A stretch of DNA of 56,253 nt from Chiloscyllium plagiosum. Its lineage: Eukaryota. Each line of letters begins with the position of its first letter. The first letter of the stretch is position 1. Positions 1 through 11,350 of this stretch are shown here, piece after piece. The position numbers and the translations under genes were made by a program. A model generated the notes under the pieces. It was given only the letters and a program-made list of their open reading frames with translations, was not told the origin of the DNA and did not search any database. The stretch lies in the NCBI RefSeq assembly GCF_004010195.1, contig NC_057718.1:92148541-92204793 (forward strand). Reading direction: 5' to 3'.

Positions 1-415
1 TGGGGAGTTCCTGGACTATGGGGGATAGGACAGTGTCGAGGTAGATAGAGATGAGTTCAGTGGGGCAGGACCATGCTGAGACAATGTGTTGGCCAGGGTG
101 GTCAGGCTTGTGGATCTTGGGAAGGAGGTAGAACCGGGCAGTGCGGGGTTCCCGGACTATGGGGTTGGAAGTTGTGGGTGGAAGATGAGGTGATGAGGTT
201 CTGTATGGTCTGGGAGATGATGGTTTGGTGATGGGGGGTGGGGTCATGGGCGGGGGGGACGAGTTGGCGTTTGGCTTCAGCGGTGTAGAGGTCAGTGCGC
301 CAGACTACCACTGCGCCCCCTTTATCAACTGGCTTGATGGTGAGGTTGGGATGGAGCAGAGGGATTGGAGGGCTGCGCTTTGTGAGGGTGAGAGGTTGGA
401 GTGGGGGAGGGGTGT
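1..415 (-). mobile_element. Penelope-like retroelement fragment (RT N-terminal region), frameshifted
   Basis: ORF 102..461(-) contains 'LTIKPVDKGGAVVVWRTDLYTAEAKRQL', the DKG motif of Penelope-like RTs; bases 1-210 are about 94% identical to 56039-56253 of the longer copy. Confidence 0.9.
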
Positions 416-431
416 AATCCCCATCTCCTTT

Positions 432-642
432 CTTGACTGGACATAAAAGATCCCATGCCACTATTTTGGAGAAGAACAGGGGAGGGGTTTCCTGACATCT
501 TGGTTAAAATGTTTCCCACAGTCAACATCACAAAAGGATTTATCTGGTCATAATCATAAAACCTTCTGTGGGAATTTGCTGTGTAGATATTAGCTGCTGT
601 GTTTCCAGCATTACAACAGCGACCACATTAAAAATGTACTTT
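432..642 (+). mobile_element. DeuSINE (Deu-domain SINE, SacSINE1-like) fragment
   Basis: Resembles the Deu domain as I recall it: 'taaaagatcccatgccactattt..gaagaacagggg..caacatcac..tatctggtcat..gtgggaatttgctgtg..cattacaacagcgac'. Confidence 0.75.
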
Positions 643-885
643 CTTTTAATATTTGTTCATGGGAAGTGAACTCGCTGATTAGGCCAAATTTAATTATCCA
701 CTCTAATTGCCCTCGAGAAGATGGTGTTAAGCTGTTTGCTTGAACTGGTATTGTTCTGGGAATGTAGGAACATGCACAATGCTGTTAGGAAGGGAGTTAC
801 AGGTTTTTAACCCAGTGACATTGAAGGAACAGTGATTTAGTTCCAAGTCAGGATGGTGTCTGACTTAGTTGAGTACTTACAGGTC

Positions 886-1470
886 ACAGAGTCATAGAAC
901 TATACAGCATGGAAACAGACCCTTTGGCCTTACTCCTCCATGCCAACCAGATATCCAAAACTGATCTTGTCCCATTTGCCAAATTTGGCCCATATCCCTC
1001 TATTCATGTACCCATCTAGATGCCTTTTAACTTGTTCTGTGGACCCAAGCTCGAATCCCCGCATGACAGATGATGGAATTTGAATTCAATAAAAATCTGG
1101 AATTGCGTGCCTCGTGATGACTATGAATGCATTGTTGATTGTCGGAAAAACCTATCTGGTTCACTAATGTCCTTTAAGGAAAGAAACTGCCATCTTTACC
1201 TAGTCTGGCCCATACGTGACTCCAGACCGACAGCAATGTGGTTGACTGTTAACTGCCCTCTGGGTAACGGGGATGGGCAATGAATGCAGGCCCAACCAGC
1301 GACACCCACATCCGTTAATGAATTTTTAAAATGTTGTAATTGTACCCACCTCCTCTGGCAGCTTGTTCCTTACACGCACCATCCTCTGCATGAAAGAGTT
1401 GCCCCTCAGGTCCCTTTTAATTATTTTCCCTCTCACCTTAAACCTGTGCCCTCTAGCTTTGGATTCCCCT
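886..1470 (-). mobile_element. CR1 (HER1-type) LINE 3' end, split by a SINE at about 1035-1325
   Basis: Tail 'gagtcatagaa..cagcatggaaacagacc'; ORF 1326..1529(-) 'GESKARGHRFKVRG..RGNSFMQRMVRVRNKLPEEV' is the CR1 ORF2 C-terminus. Confidence 0.9.
1035..1326 (+). mobile_element. tRNA-headed SINE, probably MetaSINE-like
   Basis: B-box-like 'ctcgaatccc'; central domain 'ctgccatctttacctagtctggcc..gtgactccagacc..gcaatgtggttgactgttaactgccctctg' also occurs at 12040, 22500, 39391 and 50751. Confidence 0.75.
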
Positions 1471-1547
1471 GGAAAAGCGCAGCAGGTCAGGCAGCATCCA
1501 AGGAGCAGGAGAATCGACGTTTCGGGCAAGAGCCCTTCTTCAGGAAT
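1470..1547 (-). mobile_element. Penelope-like terminal repeat (pLTR) fragment
   Basis: Near-identical to 27826-27903; similar to the 3' terminus of the RT-bearing Penelope copy at 54419-54505. Confidence 0.85.
1516..1543 (-). ncRNA. Minimal hammerhead ribozyme core
   Basis: Minus strand reads CUGAAGA-A-GGGC-UCUU-GCCC-GAAAC-GUC: conserved core, 4-bp helix II, palindromic ACGU helix III, GUC cleavage triplet. Confidence 0.75.
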
Positions 1548-2503
1548 CAGACACTTCAGTGTATGGTCAGTAATAATCCCAGGATGTTGATAGTGTGGTA
1601 TTCAGCAACAGTAATGATATTGACTATCAAAGGAATGGTTAGATTCTCCCTTGTTGGAAATAATCATTGCTTGGCACTTGTATAGTGCAAATATTAATTG
1701 CCACTTATCAGCTCAAGCCTGGTTGATGTCCAGGTCTCACTGTATATGAGCATAAACTGCTTTGCCATCTGAGGAGTTGTGAATAGTGTTGAACATGTTG
1801 CAATCATCATTCCCATTTCTGACCTCATGGAAGGTCATTTATGAATCAGTTGAAGTTGGTTAGGCCGAGGACACTCCCCTAAGGAATCTACGCAGAGATG
1901 TCATGGAGCTGAGGTGATTCACCTCCAACCAACACGACTATCCTCTTTTATGCTGGATTTGATTCTGAATGGCTTGATAATACTGTCCATCACTATGCTG
2001 TTGATGAAGAGAAGACTGATAAGTTGCTAATTGGTCAGGTTAGATAAGTCCTGGTTTCTTCTGTACAGGAGATACCTGGGCAGTTTTCCACAGTTAGGTA
2101 GATGCCAGTGTTGTAATTGTACTGGAACAGCTTGGCTACAACAGTGGCTAGTTCTGGAACCCAATACTTCATGCTGAAATGTTGAGTGTCCATTGTCTTT
2201 GCAGTAGCCCGTTTACTACCATTCATGCCTGGATGTGGCAGAACTGATCCATTTGGATGTGGCATTGCTTGGCCCTTTACATTGCTTTGATTAATTAACA
2301 GTGAAGCACCTTCACACATATCATGGCTGTGAAAGGTGCAATTTTTAAAATCAAATTGACTCATACAAACCAGGATCAATCCAAGGCTGGGTTAGCCACC
2401 TGTGGTCTTAACTGGCTCAGAGGAGACTACCTCATGCCTGACCTCTGTCCAATTTATTCACCTGGGATTTGCATGTCATTTGGGCATTTGGTGCTTGAAT
2501 CTA

Positions 2504-2740
2504 ACACAGAGAACGCTGGAGAAACCCATTCTAGCAGCATCTGTGAAAAGAGAAACAAAATTAATGTTTTGACTTTTCATTGGAACCAAAGATAGAATAA
2601 CTTATGAAGAAGAGTCAAACAAGATTCAAAATGTTAACTCTTCTTTCTCTCCCCACAGATGCTGCTAGATCTGCTGAGTTTCTCCAGAATTCTCCATGTT
2701 TGTTTCAGATTTCCAGCATTTGCAGTATTTCAATTTTATT
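2504..2740. mobile_element. Palindromic Penelope-pLTR-derived non-autonomous element, degenerate
   Basis: Inverted arms 'gctggagaaac..gcagcatctgtg..agagaaac' and 'tttctctc..cacagatgctgc..gagtttctccag'; decayed hammerhead 'tgaagaagagtc..gattcaaaatgtt'. Confidence 0.7.
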
Positions 2741-2746
2741 CAAGGG

Positions 2747-2912
2747 ATCATAGAGTCATAGTCATAGAGTCATACAGCAAGGAAACAGACCTTTCGGTCC
2801 AACCAGCCCATGCCAAACACAATCCCAAACTAACTTAGCACCACCTCCCTGCTCCTGGCCCATATCCCTCCAAACATTTCCTATACACGTACTTATCCAA
2901 ACAGTCTTCAAG
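2747..2912 (-). mobile_element. CR1 LINE 3' end
   Basis: (catagagt)n tail followed by 'cagcaaggaaacagacctttcggtccaacc..ggcccatatccctccaaac'. Confidence 0.85.
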
Positions 2913-4398
2913 TACTCACTGCCTCTGTCTAAATTGACATAGAAACGACTTCTTTCCCCCATACATGACAAAGTAGAGTAGCCTAAATCAGCCTAGATCA
3001 GAGGAGAAAATGAGGTTGCAGGTGGGTAGAGAGGAAGCTGGGTGGACATTGATATCTTAATTTATAGAAGTTAACAAATAAATCCATTTACTGGGCATTG
3101 TAATATTTTTGGAGTGAACCCATTGAGCATACTGATGACAGAATTCCATTGCAGAAGATGTTTGTCACAACCAACAATATGAATGAGTGTTTGTTTTTGG
3201 AGGTAACAATTTTCTTTCAGCAGATTAAGAGTGTTCTCACCCTTTAGATGACCCATCAAACATTGTACAGAGACAAAGCACCTGATTAGGCAAATTATTC
3301 CCCATGAGGAAGATGACCTTGCCTTAAAAGCTTGTAGCAAACATCAAGCTAGTAATAGTTTGACATTTTAAGTCACCCACATTTAATCACCTAAGTGTGT
3401 TAATACATTTGGAGAAGCCATTACTGATGGCTGAAAAATTTTGTGGAGAATTTATGTAGAATATTTATTAAGTAAGCCATTTGATTTCATTATTATGCCA
3501 CAGGCATTGAAAATGGTATAACATGCAATAATAACTGTGATAGCTAAGAGGTAATCAGCTAACAACACTGTTTATCCTCACTGTTTGATATATAAAATCT
3601 ACATGTGGAAATGCAAAATTGAATTGTAAATTGATAAATTACTTCAAAATCAAGTCATTCCTGCTGAGTAACAACCATTGTCAGTGGGAAAAAGGCCAAC
3701 TGTCATCATTTATTTTTAAACAGCACTGTGCAGAGTTGGAAGAAAATCATAGGTGTACAATAAACCTTTTCTATCCACAACTTTGATACTTTCACTGCAC
3801 TTTTAAGAGCAATGTTTCAGCTGTTTCAATCCATTTCTCTGCTAATTTTCTGACTTAGGAAGAGAGCTATCCCTTAAAATCAGTTGAGTTCTTAAAGCTG
3901 AGTATATCTGATGTGTGGTTTACTGGGGTTGTATCAGAGTCTGGCATGACTTTGACATTTTGCCCTGGCTTTTGCAAGTGGTAATAATCTGGTCATGACC
4001 ACTTGAGGTGTCCTCAGCACAGAACCTACACAGCAGTTTTCAGGGATCTTTCAGATATTGTCATGTCATTATGGCAGCATAGACAGTCAAGGTCAATTCC
4101 CTAAGTGAATCATCCAATGTTCACATTGTTTGTGCCTTTCCTTCCCTGGTGTGAAAGACCTTTAGAATTTAGCCATGTCATTCCTGAATTTGGAGTACAC
4201 ATTTTTGACTGAATTCTGCAACTTCTGCTTCAGCAATGATTTTGCTGGAGCATAATCTTGAAACTGTGATGGAAAGATTATCTTTGGAAGACAGTGTCTA
4301 AGCCCTTCTTCCATTTGTTGCTCACTTGTAAGCCACATTCATTCTTGATAATAAATTACAAACAGCATGAGCTATCCATTCATCTATATATTCCTGAG

Positions 4399-4600
4399 GG
4401 GGTTGATTAGCTCAGTTGGGTGGATATCTGGTTTATGATGCAGAGTGACACTAACAGCACGAGTTAATTTTTTGCACTGTCTGAAGGTCTTTCTTTCTCA
4501 CCTTTCCCTTGTCTAAGGTGGTTAAACCACCACCAGTTGTCTCTCTGTAATGAGAGAGCAGCCCTATGATCTGGTGAGATAATGGCAACTTTGCCTTTCC
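4399..4600 (+). mobile_element. tRNA-derived SINE (third family)
   Basis: A-box-like 'tagctcagttgg'; a homologous copy lies in the opposite orientation at 23373-23545. Confidence 0.65.
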
Positions 4601-4769
4601 TTACACCAATACATTGACCTCGCCATTTCCTCAAACCTCAAAGACTTAAAATTTGGTCAAACCCACCATTGATATAGCTGGTCATTTTGTGGGATTCTAT
4701 CAGGAGCATATCTATTGCAACTAAATAAGAAAAGATTAGATGCATATATTCCATTAAGAAATCATGTAG

Positions 4770-4885
4770 CCTCATCTTATGGTGTCATAGTAGTGTCCTT
4801 TCTCTGATCGCAGAGGCCTGGGTTCAATTCCACCTGCTCCAGAAATGTGATATAACATCTCTGAAAAGATTGATTATGAAGTATC
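4770..4885 (+). mobile_element. Short tRNA-derived SINE remnant
   Basis: A-box-like 'tggtgtcatagtag' and B-box 'gggttcaattcc' at tRNA-like spacing, without an intact cloverleaf. Confidence 0.5.
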
Positions 4886-5009
4886 TATACTGGTCCCCTA
4901 CTCTACAATCTTTTAGGGATGGGAACAGTTTCCCAGTTATCCCAAGTCTACATGCCACTGGGATTGGGGTTTTCAAAATGATTCCATAGAGCTTTTAGAC
5001 ATAGTCTTA

Positions 5010-5490
5010 GACAAAGACTTAGTTCGTCCAGTCCCACACAGGATGAAGGGTAGCAAGGATCCATCACGGCCCTTCACAATATCTTCTGTCAAGTGAATAT
5101 CAAACTCTTGAGAGTCCTCTTTAAATGTACTTTGCCAGGTCTCCTTTGGCCGGCCTTAGTTTCTTCTCCCATTTGGTAGTGTTTATTCAAAGGTACTCTG
5201 GCGGATGTACAACTGGGAGGTGAGATATATGTCCTGTCCAGTCTCAGTTTTCTCTCTACCACAATGTCAAGTAGATACCTCTGAGCAGTCCTGTAAAGCA
5301 CTTCTTCGTTGGTGATGTTGCCTCTCCCAAAGCTTCCCAGGACTTTTTGTAGTCAGTGCAGATGAAAGACTACAGGATACCTTTGCACTTCTGTCCCATG
5401 CCTTGCCTGCATAGATAGATTGAGCATGTAGATTGTGGAGTTGAGTGCCCAGCTTATGTGAAAAACTGATGCTGCTTTGGTTCTTGCATT
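5010..5490 (-). mobile_element. RTE-clade LINE 3' fragment, degenerate
   Basis: ORF 5089..5301(-) 'LYRTAQRYLLDIVVERKLRL...' resembles the RTE ORF C-terminus (R.RRLR..GH.R, followed by a basic RGRP-like stretch). Confidence 0.55.
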
Positions 5491-5834
5491 GATATTGATT
5501 GTTACATTGCCCACCCTGGAGGTGTTTCTTCTTACATTGGTAAAGTGGTCAATATCCTCATTGCTCTGTTATCCAATGGTGATAGGGGGGTGGTCTTGTT
5601 ACTGTCCAGTTATCAATGCTGTGCTCCTCTCATAGTTGGATATGTAGACCAACCTTGCCATTGGGCAAAGATCATCCATATGAGAAAGTACAGTATATTA
5701 AGAAAGCACATACCTTTAACTTCTCTCATCATGCAAGTCAGAGCTACCATGTCCCTGTCTTCACCAATCTGCTAACCACCCAACCTTTCTTCTCATCCCA
5801 TCATGTTCACTTTTCAGGTACTGTTCCTGTCTTT

Positions 5835-6005
5835 AGACCGTAAGGTACAGGAGCAGAATTAGATCATTCAGCCGCTGACTTTGCTCTGCCATTCAATCAT
5901 AGCTAATATGTTTCTCAACCCCAATCTCCTGCCTTCTCCCCATAATCTTTGATCGCATCACTAATCAAGAACCTATCTATTTCTGTCTTAAAGACATGTA
6001 GTGAC
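5835..6005 (-). mobile_element. CR1 LINE 3' UTR (second subfamily)
   Basis: Reverse complement matches the tail of the + strand CR1 at about 15000-15140. Confidence 0.8.
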
Positions 6006-6440
6006 TTTCTAAGTCAGCAGCAACCCCACTCCTCCACAACACTCGAGCCCTCTGTCACCATAAACTCTGTCCCTTACTTCTCTCTCCCCTTAGATCCTTA
6101 AACATGTTGCATCTCAGGAATCTGTGTCCATTTTCAAGAATTAAACCACTCCAACTGAGCCCTGTTCAAAGAACTGAAACAGCCCTTATCCATATCACCG
6201 ATGGTGTACTGTCTTGCTTAATCTCTTTCCATCGACTTAATGGACATACAATCCTCACCTAATTCCTCTTCTCTATTGCTGAGCTGGGCTGCCCCTTGCC
6301 TGGTTCTATCTTCACCAGCTTATTCATTTGTAAATATTCCCCTGGACACATTTCCCTTCTGCCCTTCCACTTTTACCTTTGGGAATATCCAAAGCATCTT
6401 TCCTTTGTCTCCTTCTATATCTTACAATGATTGCCCTGCT

Positions 6441-6950
6441 ACAGGAAAGATATTATTAAGTTGGAAACAGCGCAGAACAAGATTTACAAAGATGTTACTG
6501 GGATTGGAGGCTTTAGGTTAGAAGGGGAGGCTGGATAGGGTGGGACTTTTTTCTCTCAAGTGTAGGAGGTTGAGGGATGACCTTATAGAGGTTGATAAAA
6601 TCATGAGGGTCATGGATAAGGTGAATATCACAGGTCTTTTCCTTAGGGTAGAGGATTTCAAAACTAAAGGGCATTATTTTAAGGTGAGAAAAGAAAGATT
6701 TAGAAGGCACCCTGAGAGGCAACAGAGGGTGTTTTTTATGTGGAATGAACTGCCAGAGAAAGTAGTAGAAGCAGGTACAGTTAACATTTAAAAGACATTT
6801 GGGCAGGTATGGAATAGGAAAAGTTTAGAACGATATGGGCCATATGCAGGCAAATGGGGTTAGTTTAGTTTGGGAAAATGTGTCCGCGCAGATTATTTGG
6901 ACCAAAGGGTCTGTTTCCATGCTGTATGATTCTATGACTCTTTGACTCTA
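6441..6950 (+). mobile_element. CR1 LINE 3' end
   Basis: ORF 6540..6791 'GLFSLKCRRLRDDLIEVDKIM..WNELPEKVVEAGT'; (tctatgac)-like tail. Confidence 0.92.
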
Positions 6951-8150
6951 CATGTGTGCTGCCCATTGGTGGCATCATCTCACACCCAGCTAAAGAAAAA
7001 TAAAAGACCAGAAATTAATGGCAATTATTCTCCTATCTCTCTCCATGTCTAGAAAGCTTTTGCTCCAATGCTGCAGGTAGTTTTTAAAACAGATCAAGTT
7101 GCAAACAGCTTTGAGTATTTAATGATTGCAGCTGCTTTTATTGGGCATGGACTAACAACTGGAATGTCCATTGGCTTTTCATGTCAGATATTTACATATT
7201 ATCTTTACCATTCAAAGAAAAAATTGTTTTGCTTCAGACAAGGAAATTGAATAAATGATATGAAATTAAAGCTGCCATTGATTACTAAAAATCATTTTCA
7301 CAAGAACACAAAAGCATGTTACCAGGCTATTTGATTGTTGAGAAAACTTGCCCATTTAAAATTGAAGTTGTCAGTGGCATCTCCTTTGTTTCAAAGTACA
7401 ATACAGCAGTGTGTTCAATGCAAGGACGTTATTGAAGTGAAGGTAAAGGTGTCTGCCTATAGGTGTATGTCTAATAGTACAGGTCACATGACTATAGTAG
7501 ACTAGAACAGACATTTATATATTATTGCATTTCAATCCAAAACAATTTATAACCAGAGGATGCTTATTCAAAAATACAGAGGGAGTCTCAATTGAATCAT
7601 CAGGATCTAACTTTAAACTTGAGTGTGGTAAAGCTATTCCCTTCTTAATGAAACTGAACCTATTGGAAAATTGAACCATGTCTTGGAAAGCCTCAATGAG
7701 CTAATTTAAATTATTGTTTATCTCCTTATCTCCCTGCTACTCCAGGCCCCAATGGAAAACCTTAAGCCTCCCTTGTCCAGCCTATCTTTTCTCTCAACTC
7801 TGAATATCTGGATACAAACGTCAGAGCTGGGGACTGAGGCCCAGCTCGCAACCCTCTGGAATCCAAAATCCTGGTCTCACCTCCAAACGCTCTTATACTT
7901 CAGACCAGAGATGGACAACAATCAGTTAGATCAATGCAGTAATCTAAAGTTTCCTGAGCCCCTAACCGTGCAGAATCAGCCAGGTTCCCAACCATCTCAA
8001 CCCTTGGCCACTCTGGTCCTGCCTTTCCTTAAAAATCACCCTCGGAGATTTATTCCATACTGGTTTGGTTTTGTTTGAGTTATCAGGGAACATTGTTATT
8101 TCTTTTGAGTAGCACCAATTGATTACCACATTCCATGTTTGTTTGAAGTT

Positions 8151-8237
8151 CACCCTGACGAAGGAGCAGCCCTCCGAAAGCTATCACTTCCAAATAAACC
8201 TGTTGGACTGTAACCTGGTGTTGAGTGATTTTTAATC
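8151..8237 (+). mobile_element. Short terminal fragment of a second hammerhead-bearing (Penelope-like) family
   Basis: Hammerhead core followed by 'aataaa' and 'cctgttggactgtaacctggtgttg..tgatttttaa'. Confidence 0.65.
8155..8183 (+). ncRNA. Minimal hammerhead ribozyme core
   Basis: CUGACGA-A-GGAG-CAGCC-CUCC-GAAAG-CUA, with palindromic AGCU helix III; helix I appears damaged. Confidence 0.65.
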
Positions 8238-9749
8238 ATGGGAGGAGTTGACTTTAAAAGAACCACGTAACAACTACAAAACAGTCTTGGTGAAATCTAT
8301 TCAAGTGAACATGTACCTCAATTTGGAAGTACCATTTTTTAAAATTTCTATTACACTTGTCTGCCTCTGGCAGAAAATAAATATTCTGTCAGACACATAG
8401 ATTTAATCTCAAAGTAGGGTGATTTGAAATGGATGTGGGATTTTGCTTGTTTTTAAGAGATCATAACTATTGTCACATTATGTTTTTAAATGGTTACACT
8501 GGCTTGGAACCAAATATCTTTGCAATCATGTATGGCTTAATATGGGTTTTATTGCATCATATGGGGTTGTTCACTTTTTGTTACTGATTCTTTACGCTAT
8601 TAAGGAATTAATTGTTATTTAATACTCTGCAAAGGCCATAATCCCACTCACTACCAAATCCAGAAATCTCTCTGCAACGTTTAGAGTCAAAGTGTATTGC
8701 TATTGCTCTGCCACAAGCTGTCTCTATTGTACTTTGTAAATCCTGTATAGTGTTTACCAAACCTGGAAAATGGGCATCTTATGACAAGAAACGCTCTTTT
8801 CCCTATTATATTGTGCTATTTATCCACTTTAAATGAATTGCAACCTTTGATGTCATTTAATTGCAATTTCAATTTCAAATAACAACCAGCTCAGCAATGT
8901 TAGCTATTCCACCAAGCTGGAATTGGGGTCAATAGAGTTCCCACAATGGAAACAGGTTGGGCTTCTGTAAAAGTAGTGAGTTTTCTTATGTGTATAATGT
9001 GTATAATGCATCTTGACCTCTACCCCACACCCTTCCATCTACGCTCATCACCAGGGATTGAGAGTGATCACAGGGTCTGCTTGTCTGCTGTAACTTTGAT
9101 GGAAGAGCCACAGAGATCCCAGGGTAGGTTTTTTTGAACAGGAGACAACAGTGGAAAGGCAGTCCAGTTTGAAGACCAGGGCTGGTGCACTTTGTAGCTA
9201 GTGATTACAATGATCACTTCTCCAGAGAGGGACCTGAGCACCGGTTCAGAAACCAGAGCACGGCAGGCAGAAACTACCAGAGAGTAGAGCATCAAAAGTC
9301 CAATTAAGTGACTGTGAGTCAGCAGAAAGTGAAGCTAGAAACTAGTGGCCTGATACAGCCAACAGTTCTGGAGCAAATGGATGCAGGAAGCCAAAGCAGA
9401 AGTGGACAGTGAATCAGCAGTGTGATGGAACAGTGTTACTGGAGAAGCATAAAACCAGTTGTCAATCAGAGCACAGTTGGATAACCACGAGAACAAAGCA
9501 AGAAAAAATTAGGTCAGAAGACACACCGCTTCTGTCTCCTGCTGAAATCTCCTTTCCCCACAAATGATCTCCATTCATAGTGGAATAGTTGTGTGAGAAA
9601 TTGTGATCATCTGTGCCTGTGCTTTGGGCTTTATGTGCCCTGAATGGTCAAAAATGGAGTCTGCAGTGTACATACGCATTATTGAGGTGAATGAAGGTGA
9701 GGATATTAGTGTATGTGATGTGATGTGCTATGGAATAATAAATAACTGA

Positions 9750-10935
9750 TCTAGTATTCACTGCCATTTATAGAAGAGAGTTCCAAACATCTACCATCCT
9801 TTGTGTGTGGAAGTGCTTCCTAATATCTCTCCTGAACATTCTGGCCCTAATTCTCAGACTATGCCCACTGCTTCTAGAATCCCTAACCAGTGAAAATAGT
9901 TTACCCTTGTTTCACCTGTCTTTTCCTGTTATTATCTTGAAGCCTTTGATCAGATCACCTAATTTATCATAACAATATCATAGAATCCCTACAGTGTGGA
10001 AACAACCCCTTCGGCCCAGCAAGTCCACACCAACCTTCCAAAGAGTATCCCACCCAGACCCATTCCCCTATTACTCTACACTTACCCCTGACTAATGCAC
10101 CTAACCTGCACATCCCTGAACACTATGGGCAATTTAGCATGGTCAGTTCACCTAATCTGCACATCTTTGGATTGTGGGAGGAAACCGGAGCAACTGGAGG
10201 AAACCCACACAGACACAGGAAGAATCTGCAAACTCCACACAGTCAGCCGATGCTGGAATTGAACCCAGGTCCCTGGTGCTGTGAGGGAGCAGTGCTAACC
10301 ACTGAACCACCATGTGTTTGTATAATATATCCTCATAACTTAACCCCTGAAGTTCAGTTGTCATTCTTGTGAACCATTGTCCTCCTTTTAAGGCCAACAT
10401 ATTCTTCCTAAGGTGCAGTGCCCAGGGCTACTCACAGTACTCCAAGTGGGGTTGAACCAGGGCTTTGTATAATGGCAACAAAACTTCTGCAGCCTTCAAC
10501 TTCTCTACATACAAAACACAGCATTTCATTAACTTTCTTTTTCACTTTAAAGATCTATGCACCTGAATCCCCAAGTCTCATTGGATATCCACTGTATTTA
10601 ACGTCATGCTATTTAGTACGTACTCCGATTTATCCTTTTCTGGTATAAAATGGATAACCTCACACTTGCTTACATTGAACACCATCTGCCAGTTTTGCCC
10701 ATTCACTTGGTCAATCAACATCCTTTTCTAATTTTATGCTATCATTTACACTGCACAATGCCACCTACCTTTGTGTCATCAGTAAATTTGGATATATGAC
10801 TTTCTATGCCTTTACACAAGTCATTCATAAATAATGTGAATAACTGAGCCCTAACAGAGATTTTTGTGGGAGACCACATGCTGCCAATTGAGTGCCCATT
10901 ATCTCTACTTTCTGTTGCTTGCCACTCAATCAACT
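9750..10935 (-). mobile_element. Old CR1 LINE fragment interrupted by an HE1 SINE
   Basis: ORF 10742..10933(-) 'QLFTLFMNDL..ISKFTDDTKVGG' is the CR1 RT FADD motif. Confidence 0.85.
9977..10314 (-). mobile_element. HE1-type V-SINE
   Basis: tRNA head (tggttcagtggttagcactg..gggttcaattcc on the minus strand), V-domain and CR1-like tail; homologous to 49834-50155. Confidence 0.9.
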
Positions 10936-11036
10936 ATGCCCTCTTTAACTTCACTTAGCTGAATACCCATTTGGCAGCAGAAGGAGTTCAGTAACTATTT
11001 AAGTCTGATTGCTGGCTGATTTCTTCTGTCTGTTGT

Positions 11037-11350
11037 TTGATTCTACAAGTGCTTGCTGCTTCCTCTAAATGCTTCTCGTTGAAAATATCAACATCTTGGT
11101 CATTTCAAGCCTTCTGTCTTAACTGTTTAACACTCAAGGCTGCACTGGTAGCAGTTTCTCTTGCAATACAATCTCAGAGAATGAATAGAGACCTTGCAGT
11201 GCAGGAAGAACTCCTGGAAGAGGGGGTGAGGGGGGAGAAGAGTTTTTTGCCATCCCAGATATTCAGGGAGCCATCATCCTATTGCACTCTGACAAGAAAC
11301 ACAGACAGGATAAGGTTTTACCATAGGCTTCAGGAGCCCAACTTCAGATT
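11037..11350 (+). mobile_element. Probable PIF/Harbinger transposase N-terminal remnant
   Basis: 'ALVAVSLAIQ...PSQIFREPSSYCTLTRNTDRIRF' resembles the 'PRVFR..SYL.LSE.QC.RRLRF' N-terminus of HARBI1-like transposases. Confidence 0.45.

Larger units (their letters stand above)
650..2200 (-). mobile_element. Degenerate CR1/L2-group LINE (3' end at about 650-885, RT-adjacent part at about 1547-2200), interrupted by nested insertions
   Basis: ORF 2035..2379(-) has 'ELATVVAKLFQYNYNTGIY', the usual pre-RT segment; the 3' tail resembles the tail of the SINEs at 1040 and 50751. Confidence 0.7.

Noticed and set aside
1..210. Terminal direct repeats as LTRs of a 56-kb element
   Set aside because: The repeats are internal Penelope RT coding sequence cut by the window edges; no PBS, PPT, gag-pol or viral genes were seen inside
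4770..4850. Possible tRNA gene
   Set aside because: A/B boxes only, with no intact acceptor stem or cloverleaf; better explained as a SINE head
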